The translations under genes and the position numbers were made by a program. Below are positions 9,807 to 21,001 of a stretch of DNA of 64,000 bases, piece by piece (the stretch's first letter is position 1; the number at the start of each line of letters is the position of its first letter). Source of the DNA: Patiria miniata (Eukaryota). The DNA lies in the NCBI RefSeq assembly GCF_015706575.1, contig NW_024037060.1:1073983-1137982 (forward strand). Direction: 5' to 3'. The notes under the pieces were generated by a model that was not told the DNA's origin, searched no databases, and worked only from the letters and a program-made list of their open reading frames with translations.

Positions 9807-12114
9807 TATTGTCCTCTTCTAGGGCTAATTTCATATTTGATTATTCTAACTTGGATTGATTGAATATTCAAATATATGAATTGCACCGATCAAAATTAAC
9901 TGGCACTTGAATTATCATGTTTTTAATTCATAATTTTCTCTCATTAACTAAGTTATGAACTTGCCAATGAGACGTTGCACGCAAATCTTCTGACAGTATG
10001 ACGGTTAAGTTTGAATTGGAGTGACTTGCTCCCAAGTTTTGACAGTATTTCTTCTATATCCCCCTGGACTGTGTGGAGTACTAAGTGTAATACAGCATTA
10101 TTACTTTTAAAAAGTACAGTTTTTTTCCCACAATTAGTGGGTATGTGGAAGACTGACATACTAACTTTGCAACTCATATTTGCTTGTATTCCCACATCTT
10201 CTCAACCAAGAAGTATTGAGGGCATTATTTCATTTAATTGTTTATTTTGATAGTTATTCACCAAAGTAAAATTAATTTTGTTTTAAAATCAACTAACTTG
10301 TAATTAATAGAATGTTTTGAAGCATTAGGGTTGTAATGGGATTTTTGGATTTTTGTTTTGTTTTGTTTTGTTGTTGTTGTTTTTTTGGGATTTTGTTTAT
10401 GATTGTAAAGCGCCTTGAACGTCAATTTGAAGGATTTGGCGCTATATAAGGATTTAATTATTATTATTATTATTAATAAGAAAACGGTGCAAGACATGAC
10501 TTTTGACGGAATGCTTGCCTCAGAGAGACATAGATTGTAATTTTGCTTGAACACCTGTGCAAGTTTGTTGTATTGTTATCTCACCAGCTCATGGAAACCA
10601 CTGAATATATAATGAGTAAATAACAAAGATATTTAAACTTACAAGATATTTTCACATCAAAGGTGTATTAATATTAACATGTAACATGTATCACTCAGGT
10701 CACCTGTAAAGTGAATATAATAATTACATAATGTACATAGGTCTACATATTAATATTACAGGCAATGTTAACTTTTAATGAGGCTTTATCAATGCTATTG
10801 CATTTCCGATAACATTAAGAGGTGTTCAAGGCAGTGCTTATGTATCGAAGGTGGTTCGTTCTTAAATTTATACAAACTTAAAAAAAATAAATTTTCCAAC
10901 AATGTACATTGATAAAGATGATACTCGTTTTTCGTGTGTATAATGCTTGAAATTATACACACGAAATAATGCTACCATGACTGTAAATTTAATTGGTATA
11001 TTTTTTAAATTCAAAACAAATAGTCGACTTTTATCCAATTTCTCGTCACCCCAATCATGATTGCTGCCTTATGCCATTGAATTTAAACTAAACTTTTTTC
11101 TAGACGGTTTGACGCAAGTCTTGTAAATATGGGTAAAATGTTGGTGGTTTTTGTTAGATGATTATTTGAGTTATGATTAATTGTATTTCCTTTTGTAGTA
11201 CATATATGTGGCAATTATGGTGAAACTTCAAACCGATTGTTGCACTAAAAACATTTGTTATAAAAAAATATCAATAGAAACCAAGTCTTTCACATACTGC
11301 CATGTTTTATTTAAATGTCAATTATTTTAAGGATAGTCATAAATTAACATGAAATCATACGGTGGGCAGAAAAGTGATATTGTACTTTATTATTATATCA
11401 CAAATTTGACATAAGCCTATCGTTGTTTATTGCCATAACAAGAGAAAAAGAAAAAAGAAGATTCCATTCATGCGACTACCGCAGCCATTGTTTAATATAA
11501 CATCAATTTATAACATTTTTAAACACCTTGCAAAGCAATAATGCCGTACATTTTTCTTAGTTTTGTGCTGGAGAATTTCACTTTATTTATTAAGTAAACG
11601 CTTCAGATTTCAAATATGCACTTGTTATTTTTCAAAGCTGGGTTGGGGCAACCTTGAAATTATAAAGCAAATAATTCTGCGCAAAATTACTGCATTTATT
11701 AATGTTACTCGAGAAAAATTAATATTAACAAAGTTCATGAAGTACAAAATAATGATACCAGTTGGTATGAATAAAACATGGCCATTTGCTTTTACTACCA
11801 AAATTTTAGCATTTTTGCATCAGTTCTGTATGAGTAAATTTTAATAAACGCTTTTAATGAAAACCATTTGCTAAAATCTGATTAGTTTGCTGCACTGTTA
11901 GCGTTTACTTCGTTTCGTACGAATAATAAAAAAGGAGTATATATTTGCTGCAGAGTTCAACTAATATATTTCAAAGCTGGATTGTGGCTTCCTTGAAGAT
12001 ATAAAAGCAAATACTTTTGCGCAAAAACTACTACGTTTTAAAATGTGGATCGCGAAAAATTAATATACAAAAGTTCATAAAGTACAAATAATACCATATC
12101 GTATGAATAAATAC

Positions 12115-12420
12115 TGGCATTTGCGTATGCACGCGCTGCCGCTCCTGATCGGATGAGCTATAGTATAGAATCGATTTAAACAAAAATGAACTCGATTTGT
12201 ACTCCCAGTACCACTCCTGGAGCCGAGTACCGAGTCCAAAACCACCAACGAGTCCGCGCCAAAATAATCGAATACGGGCCGAGTCCAAATAATTTTCGAG
12301 TACTCAGAGTCGGGCCGATCGAGTGCTTGCGTGTAGTACTCGAGTTGTTCAACACTGCTAATTTTTGGCAACCGCTTGACATTGAGAAATCTTACCCCTG
12401 GACTTTTCCATTTCACGATA
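12115..12420. repeat. Unit-boundary repeat of the tandem array
   Basis: 12115-12420 matches 1-300; 43310-43620 also matches, as does 32700-32830 in part (atttgcgtatgcacgcgctg(c/t)cgctcctgatcggatgagct...cttgacattgagcaatctcacccatttaataatgggatggtccaacta). Confidence 0.7.
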
Positions 12421-12424
12421 GTGA

Positions 12425-13090
12425 GGTACCTTAGTGAAAAAATCGTGACACAGTGGACAAAAGCACCATTTTTTCACCAAAGCATCTCCATGGTATACCT
12501 TTTCGAAAAAAAAGACGGACGCAAAAAATTGGATGAAAAAATATAAATTGATAATAATCTTCAGAACTACAAGCATTACAACAACAAATGTGGTATCAAA
12601 TTAAAGGGGACAGCAAGCTCTTTCATTTGAGTGGTATGTCATGGGGATGGAATATAGTTAAGGGTGATTTTGTGGGTCAAACAGACCCCTTTTTGGGGTC
12701 AAAAGACATGTTTTTAGGCTAAAATCATGGATTTTGGGTAGTCACATTGGCACCTTGTTTTAACATGCAAACAGTCTGTGGTATTGTGAGATGTTGCTTT
12801 TAAGTTCGAGAGAAAAGTTCAAATTCTATGCCAAAACAGTTTTTGTAATTGATTATTAGTATCATAAATATGTTTAAACTTGTTCCAAAGACAAGCGGAA
12901 AAGTGAGGCATCTTATAGCGAGCTACATTAGTAACAAAAATGCTATTAGGATCGTTACATGGTATTTAAAAGCACCATTTTTTTCACCAAAGCTTTGCCA
13001 ATGTGTTACGATCAAAAATAGGGTAGGATGCAAAAAATCGGATGACAGGAAGGGTACTTTATGACGTTATAATGACGTCACAATATACTA
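12425..13090. repeat. Left arm of a roughly 670-bp complex inverted repeat (partner 19215-19906)
   Basis: 12436-12840 is the reverse complement of 19490-19906; 12900-13080 is the reverse complement of 19230-19400. Together they bracket about 6.1 kb inside a roughly 10-kb block that exists only between P1 and P2. Confidence 0.6.
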
Positions 13091-15059
13091 CCAAGCTCGT
13101 ACAGTAATTAATTGTAGAAAATAAGGTCGTGAAGCGTTGTGATGAGATTCCAAGTAATTAATTTGACATTTTGAGGGTCAGGGAATTGAAGAGTGATATA
13201 ATCAGTGACATTTAAGTAACAATAAGCTGATTTGCTGTTGCAGTGACGTCACTATTTTCAAATTTTCTTGAAAAATCTAAGCATTTTTTGATTATGGACA
13301 AAAGTGCTACAATGACGGTATTCGTCACGCAGAAAATAAATTGTGTGAAATTGTGCGGCTCCTTGAATTTGGTCTTTACCACATCCATTTGTTTTGACCA
13401 TTTACTATAGCTGGAAGACGTAACATTCTTATATGTGTTGTATATTACGGGTAATGAGGTATGGGTTAGGAGCCAGACAAAAAAGGAACGTGGTAACCTG
13501 AAATAGATTAACAGAGTGGCCGGAAATGGTGATGGTATTTCCTTTAACAATGTATTACAAACGGGGGCCGCCCGATAGTCCGAAGGTCCAATAGTCCGAA
13601 GGTTCTTTAGTCCGAAGGTTCGATAGTTCAAATCAGGGGCGGATCCAGGATTTTCAAAAAGGGGGGCACAAAAACTTTGTGCGCGTTGCACACATAACGA
13701 GACTGAAGCGCGAAATCCCTTGCGGGCAGGGTTGAGGGCACTGGAAGCTCTACGATTCTAGATGTTCTCTCCTACATCATGAGTACTTTAAGCCATTAAG
13801 AGCAAAATTCACAATGTTTATTTTTTACTTTTAATAACACTATTTTTGCCTATCAAATATAGAATTTAAAGTCACTGTTGATGTAAGTTGAAAATGAACC
13901 CCAAAATTAGAAGGTGCTGATGACAGCCCCCGGGTGAAAAATATGAACATGTGTTATTTTGCGAGCGAGCGGAGCGAGCGAGCCAAAAAAAAGTCATGTT
14001 TACTATTAAAACATACATTTCTACCCAGAAATTTGCCTTGCAAACAAAGAAAATAAAATAAATTGAATTTCATTAGGGGACAGCCTGCCCCAAGCAGCCC
14101 CTACCCCACCCCACCCCACGGCTGAGCAAATCAACCGGCCCAGAAAATTTCTCCGTCCCAATTCCTTTGAAAAATGTTGTATAACTTATAAGCCTGCTGA
14201 GTATTACATTACGAATAGTCTTTACAAACAAAAAGAAGAAATAAAACTTTATTTCAAAACCATCTCGGTTGTCATAAAAAAAATTGATGATATTAGCAAA
14301 ATTTCCCCGTAGCGTTTAAATGTTTAGTCAAGACTTCAAAAAGACTGCCGCCTGTGTCCCAGTATAATGTGAGGTAACTGCGGTCACATATATACTAACT
14401 TTGTATATACACTTGTATACACTTTAACCACCATTTTTTTCCATGTTCTTTTGAAGTCTGCTGGCTAAATAATTTAAGACGAAATGAATCGTCTGCATTC
14501 TGCAAGTGTTGTCGAATCACTTCAAGAAATGTCAAGGCCTGAGGAAAATCGTTTATTTGTATTTTTTTGGGGGGGGGCGCCGATTTTCTTAAAAAGAAAA
14601 CAAAAAAAAACAAACTTTAATTTAACGGAAATGCAAACTACATCAAAATTCCAAATTCCAAAATATGAAAAAGTTTGTCTGCACAAATTTCCCGAAAGTG
14701 GCAGCATTCCTGAGCTGTTATCAAAGGCCTTAAAGTTCGGTGGCCTACAGCTGAACCCAAATGTATATGCTTTGTAATGAACAAGAGTAGCATTGTATCA
14801 ATTTGAACAATGCGGCTATCAATCATTCTCTGGAAAGGCTTTTCGGAGCTGAGATTTTATTTGGGCATTTGTTTTCCTCAGAGACAGGGGAAACCTTTAT
14901 GCGAAAAATGTGGGAAACTGAATTGAACGTGAAATTTCACCTCCGTGTTGTGTACATGCACATAGATAAACGATTGGGGGATGATATTCCAAGTCCAAAT
15001 AATTCATTAAATGTAGGGCTCCCGATGTCTTTTTTCGTAGTACGATTTTATTCTTCGCT

Positions 15060-15780
15060 TATTAAAAAAATAAAACTGCATGGCCTACATTATTTTTGTA
15101 AATGTTACTCTAAAATATTTCGGAATACATTTTGAAATTAAGTTTGAAGTCAAAGGGCTGTTGATAATCTTATTCGTATTCCTTTTAAAATTAGGAAAAA
15201 CTAAGCATAATTCGTATTAAAATTTCCCCTGGAATCTACAAAAGAATTAACTGAGGGTTCAGAACTTAATGGGCTAGGGTAGTTGAAATCGTTTTACTTT
15301 AAAAATAAATCGAGAGAACAAGACATACTAAATCGTATTAAAATAACCCCTATTTATTTGATTTCTCTCTATTTGAGGCAAAAGGGATGACGATTAATTC
15401 TTCGTGTATCTAAAAAATAAAATGCATGGCCTACATTATTTTGTGAAAATGTTTTACTCTAGAATATATTTTGGAATATATTTTGACGCTATTATTTGAG
15501 GGATGTTGTTAATCCTGATCATATTCATTTAAAAATAAGAAAAACCGAGCATAATTCGTATTAAATTTCCCCTGGAATCTACAAAAGAATTAACTTCGAG
15601 TACAAACTTTAACGAACTAGGTTTTTTTTAATCATTTTGCTTTTAAAAAAAAAGTTTTTGTAGAGAACCAGACGTAAATCTCTCTCTGAGGCCGGGAAAA
15701 TAAAAGAAGGGGAAGGCGATTTTATTCTTCATTTATTAAAAAAAACACATAGCCTACATAATTTCGTGTACCGGTACATG
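15060..15780. repeat. Roughly 355-bp tandem repeat (2 full units plus the start of a third)
   Basis: Units begin ...aaaataaaa(c)tgcatggcctacattatttt... at about 15068, 15418 and 15738 and share ...gcataattcgtattaaa(a)tttcccctggaatctacaaaagaattaact... Confidence 0.55.
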
Positions 15781-15782
15781 TT

Positions 15783-16141
15783 CTACTCAAGGGTGGATCC
15801 AGAACACAATTTTTGGGTGGGCCAAAACAAATTTTTGGTCCCCCCCCCCCAAAAAAAGTTTTGGTCCCCCCAAAAAGTGGGTCAAAAAAATTACGGCGTG
15901 GGGTTCGGGGCCCGCTTAAGGGCCCCGAAATTTTTTTGGATTCTAGATACTCTGTGGTGCGATCTGAGGCAATTTCTGACCACTTTAACCACTGTTTTAT
16001 TGAGGAAAAGATGGTGGTGTACTCATTGCCTGCCTTTATTGCGATGTCACATAAAAAAAAAAAATTGGTTTCGTTTTTTTTTGGGGGGGGGGGGGCATGG
16101 CCCCCTTTGCCCCCCCCCCCCCCCCCCCGGATCCGCCCTTG
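15783..16141. mobile_element. MITE family A copy inserted in the third unit of a roughly 355-bp tandem repeat
   Basis: CAAGGGTGGATCCAG...CCGGATCCGCCCTTG; flanks ctactc...ctactctagaatatattttggaata match the uninterrupted units at 15100 and 15460. Confidence 0.65.
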
Positions 16142-16727
16142 GCTCTACTCTAGAATATATTTTGGAATACATTTTGACATGAAGCATTAAATGCAAGTGC
16201 TGTATTAAATGTGCCCCTAGTGCAGCCGGGAAATAAAAAAGTGTCTTATAAAAATATATTCTTGCTTTGAAAGAAATTTTGAGACAATGATTGACAGGCG
16301 ACCTTCAAAACTTATACATTGTATATTTTTGTTGATAATTATGTATAATAGTTATGTTCCAAGCGATTGATTTGATGACCGCCCGTCCGCCCGCCATAAT
16401 GACTCCTCAAAAAGGAAAAAGATAGCCATGTTCTCAAAGGGATGTATTTAATGCGCGCCCGCCCTAAGATAACTCGTTAAAAAAAAAAATAAAAAAAAAC
16501 AGTTGCAAAAAGGGGGGCACGGGCCTGGTGTGCCCCCATCTGGATCCGCGCGTGGTTCAAATGCACAAAATTTCCATAAGAGGGGGTTCGTTGGTCCGAA
16601 AATGAAATAAGGTTCGTTAATCCGAACATTTGATGCAATAGTCCGAAGGTTCATTAATCCGAAGGTTCATTAGTCTGAAGGTTTATTTCTCCGAAGGTTC
16701 GATAGTCCGAATCGGTGATGTAGTGCC

Positions 16728-16850
16728 TTGATGCTGGGCCTTGGCCTTAAGGCTGCCTTAAGGCTGGACTTTAGGGCCTTGGCCTTGGCCTCGAGGCTTG
16801 AGGGCAAAAGCCTTGGCCTTGGCCTTGGCCTTGTCTACTGCGAAGGTGAA
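16728..16850. repeat. (GGCCTT)n-like microsatellite
   Basis: ggccttggccttaaggctgccttaaggctg...gccttggccttggccttg. Confidence 0.6.
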
Positions 16851-19214
16851 AAGAAAGAATGGTTTTGGAAAGAATGCATGCGACATGTTAAATGCCGTCA
16901 TGTAGCATGGACAGGGTAACCAATAGCACACATCAATCTGCATGGAATTGAAAACTTGCGGTACTTTATCTGAAAGGAAAAGAGGACCTAATTTTAGCAT
17001 AGTTAATGTTTTGCAAGTTGCTATCGATTTGTTGCTTCTACAATGTTTTCATATGTGAAGCTTGCTGACTGAAAAATGCACCTACTTCAACAGTTACGAG
17101 TTTCAAATTTGATAATATAATGAACCTTGCTTTTCAGTGTGGAACAGACCTTGCCAGCTTTATCCAGAGGAGGGACGAGGAATGCAGCAAGACGGGAGTA
17201 ACTCTCAAGACATACCATGGACCATTTCTTCAGTTCTTTAATGAGGTGACAGTGGCAAAGCTGTTTCGAGATGACCGTTTGTGGTATTAAAGTTTTAAAA
17301 TAACACATAAAGGTTTTCTGAAAATTTGGGAAGTTCATTTTTTACAATAAACTGATACAAAATAATGTATTTTGTGAAAAGTGACGCAATAACATTTGGA
17401 AAGAAACTTAACCTTTTTCAACAGCTTGTGCTCATCTAGTAAATAATTATCTGAAGTTGCTTCCCTTCAAGATGAATCAGAACAATTTATACCAAGTTTT
17501 GAAAAATCTACTTTCAAGATTAGGCAATTGTTAATAAGATTTATAATGAATTACAAGACAATTCAGCAAGTCTATCTGTAAAATTGGCAATTTGAAGAAA
17601 TCAAATGCTGAACTTAAAGTACAAATCTTGAATATCATCCAACTTCTATTGGGGAGAACCGGAGAACCACAAGATGGGTTCAAACTCAAAGTTAAAATTG
17701 ACTGAATCTGAGGGAGAGGGTGACGATATTACGGAAACTAAAATATAACATCCACTTATTAAAGGGAATATACATCATTTGCTTTTGCTGTAATTTTCAG
17801 AAATGGATGGAATTGGGGGGTTGGAAATATAAAGCAAATATAGTTACACTGACTTTTTGGAGGTTTTGGGTTCGAAAATGCTATAAAAACCAAGAAAAAC
17901 GATCATTTTCCTGTAGTCTGGTTCCCTGACTCCATATAAGAAGAAACAGAGCAGTTTACATACATTGGGGAATTGTAAGGTCAGGGAACCAGTCTAGCTG
18001 GCTCGTACCCGTTCATAGGTTTGTAATCGATTGCAAACAAGTGCAATGGTCAATTGGGGCCAGTATTTGAAAAAAAGCCAGTTGTTTCCAACGCTGATCG
18101 GCCGATCAGCGTTGGAAATTGATACAAAAATACCACTTTTCTTGAAAATGACAGTATACCAGGTGCCATAATTTTACAGGATGCTTTAGACTGTCATTTA
18201 CCAACATCCTGTTAAGGTATTTCGCAAAAACTTGGTAGTTTTATTTTTCGATGTTTACAAATGTTGTATATTCCCTTTAAGCAATGATGTCATTTGATGC
18301 AGGTCAGGTCGGTTGTTTTTGTTTGTCTTTTGTTAAAAAACAACCAAGACATGTTGGTTAGAATTCTGACTAATATAGATAGGTTGAAAAGCAAACCATT
18401 TCAGATTGGTTATTTTAAGCAATAGATTGGTTGGACACATATCTACCAACCACATTGGTTGAATTTGACTAATATATTGATTTCAACCAATTTGTTTTTA
18501 GAGTGTAGACACATGGATTACAAGATACGAGAACTGTTCGATTGCCTCATTGATGTTCTCCGAGGTCACCGTGTTAAAATTACAAAAAGTGTTAATTGTA
18601 GAAGGTTGTGAATCTTTTCTTTCAAAACTGAGGGAGGAATTATTGCAGTCATATTTATTTTATCGTCAATGTAAAATTGTGTCTTATTTCATTTTGTTCC
18701 CGGGTATTTTCTTGTTTTTTCTTTAGTGTGTGTATTTAATCTGAGTGTAGACCTATGTATGTCAACTAGGTTGTTTGTTTCTATGGGTTGCATTTTTCTC
18801 TCTGGGGAATGGGATTGCTTTTGTTTCTCGGTTTTGTTTTGTTTTGTTTTGTTTGTAATAATCTCTTTAGCCCGTTTGTCATTCGTTCCCGTTATTGAGT
18901 CTGAAGGGTTTAGGGCAATAAATGCATTGCCAGTTGATGTAGAATACGGAGCCGAAGGGACAGTAGAATAGCTACTAACGAATCATTGATCACAACAGGG
19001 GATAGGAGCGAGGGTCAAATGTACATGTACATACATGTTTAATTTAATACATTAAATTAGGAAACATCCCTCATTTTATCAAACTATTTGTATTTAAATC
19101 TTTTAAAGATAGTCTAAGAACAAAATTGGCAACTGCACTGATTTCCTTGATCTCAGAAACGTATATTAAATGTAAAAAAAACGATCCATGGCTTATTCCT
19201 AGATAATATTTCAA

Positions 19215-19906
19215 TTTTAATGTATAAGTGTTTAATAATTAGCCGATGACGTCATAATGATGTCATAAATGGCCCTTCCCATCATCCAATTTTTTGCATC
19301 CTACCTTTTTTTCGAAAACGTAAACAATGGAGATGCTTTGGTGTGAAAATGGTGCTTTTCTCCACCCGTGTCACGATTTTATCACCAAGGTACCTCACTT
19401 TTCCGCTTATCTTTGGAACACTAAACATTTAAGATACTAATAATCAATTACAAAAACTCTTTAAGCATAGAATTTGAGCCTTTCTCTCTGACTTCAAAAC
19501 AACATCTCACAATACCACATACTGTTTGCATGTTAAAACAAAGTGTCAAAGTGACTACCCAAAATCCATGATTTTAGCCCCAAAAAACGGTCTTTTGACC
19601 AAAAAGGTTTTTTTGACCCACAAAATCACCCTCAACTATATTCCATCCCAATGACATACCACTCAAATGAAAGATCTTGTTGTCCCCTTTAATTTGATAC
19701 CAAATTTGTTGTTGAGATGCTCGCAGTTCTGAAGATTATTATTAATTTATATTTTTTCATGTAATAATTAGCTGATGACGTCATAATGACGTCATACATG
19801 CCCTTTCCATCATTCAATTTTTTGCGTCCGTCTTTTTTTCGAAAAGGTATACCATGGAGATGCTTTGGTGAAAAAATGGTGCTTTTGTCCACTGTGTAAC
19901 GATCCT
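19215..19906. repeat. Right arm of the complex inverted repeat
   Basis: See the left arm. Confidence 0.6.
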
Positions 19907-20295
19907 TAGCATTTTTGTTACTAATTATAATGTACCTCACTACGAGGCGAAGCCGAGTGAACTGAGAAAGTCCAGATTTTACCGAGCGATAATATTCCTC
20001 CCATTTCACAATTTAAAGCCACTCAATATTTGTTTTATATAGCTGACATATAGATCCTTGTCATTTGATATATTTGAACTTTTTTCAATACAAAACTGAA
20101 GGAAAATCTATTTCTCTCTTCCAGATCACCCCTTCACGAAAATATTTGAACCTAACGCTGTAGCGCTGGCTCTTTGGAACAATACGCGCTACGCGCAACG
20201 CTGAACGCGCACACCAGCATTCATTTGCACACAAATACCGCGTCATGATCCTAACTGTTGAATAGTATTTCCCATTCCCCATGGGCGGATAGTAT

Positions 20296-20420
20296 CCAAA
20301 TACTTCGAGTGGTGTAGTAAAACTAGCCTCCCGAGGTGATGCATGGACATTCTATTTTCCCGAGGCAAAGCCAAGGGAAAATAGAATGCTCCATGGATCA
20401 CCGAGGGAGGCTAGTTTTAC
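20296..20420. repeat. Perfect roughly 48-bp-stem hairpin with loop GAGGCAAAGCCAAG
   Basis: tagtaaaactagcctcccgaggtgatgcatggacattctattttccc | gaggcaaagccaag | ggaaaatagaatgctccatggatcaccgagggaggctagttttact. Confidence 0.6.
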
Positions 20421-20583
20421 TTCACCAAGAGATAAAGCATTCAATACAGGCGCGGTTCTAGAACCAATATTTTTGGGGGGCTAGCACGGTCGATCCAGAA
20501 ATTTTTTTCAGGGAGGCGTGCTGAAATGTTGACCGGTTATTTTTTCCAGACACTTAGGCCTCCGAAGATCAATAGGTGGTGGT

Positions 20584-20621
<38 letters not shown>
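20584..20621. repeat. Poly-G tract (about 38 G)
   Basis: Uninterrupted G run inside the hAT-like element; similar C/G runs occur at 1289-1306 and inside MITE-A copies. Confidence 0.8.
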
Positions 20622-20680
20622 CTCATGCCATATTTTCAACGGGGAACGCCAATAAAATCCTAAAATCATTCACACTATAG

Positions 20681-21001
20681 CAAGGGCGGATCCAGAACAC
20701 AATTTTTTGTGGGGGGGGGGCCCAAAAAAAATTTGGTCCCCCAAAAAAGTGGGTCCAAAAAATTACGGCGTGGGGTTCGGGGCCCCGAACAATTTTTGGA
20801 TTCTAGATGCTCTGTGGTGCGATCTGAGGCAATTTCTGACCACTTTAACCAATTGTTTTTGAGGAAAAGATGGTGGTGCACTCATTGCCTGCCTTTATTG
20901 CGATGTCACATAAAACAAACAAAAATTGGTTTCGGTTTTTTTTTGGGGGGGGGGGCGATGGCCCCCTTTGGCCTCCCCTCCCCCTCCTGGATCCGCCCTT
21001 G
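20681..21001. mobile_element. MITE family A copy nested inside the hAT-like element
   Basis: CAAGGGCGGATCCAG...CTGGATCCGCCCTTG. Confidence 0.65.

Noticed and set aside
12075-12416. ORF MDHPIIKWVRLLNVK(R/W/L)LPKISSV(E/V)QLE... recurring at 12075, 32626 and 43261 (minus)
   Set aside because: It recurs only because it lies in the unit-boundary repeat that was copied with each array unit. It varies by frameshifts between copies and shows no codon-level conservation pattern.
13212-13691. 159-aa minus-strand ORF in the P1-P2 insert
   Set aside because: It has no splice or Kozak context, overlaps MITE family-2 sequence, and shows no homology signal. It is probably a chance ORF in AT-rich DNA.
17087-17338. 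83-aa minus ORF (…LIKELKKWSMVCLESYSRLAAFLVPPLDKAGKVCST…) that looks vaguely exon-like
   Set aside because: It is isolated, with no flanking splice-consistent exons, no recognisable domain, and it lies inside the repeat-rich P1-P2 block.
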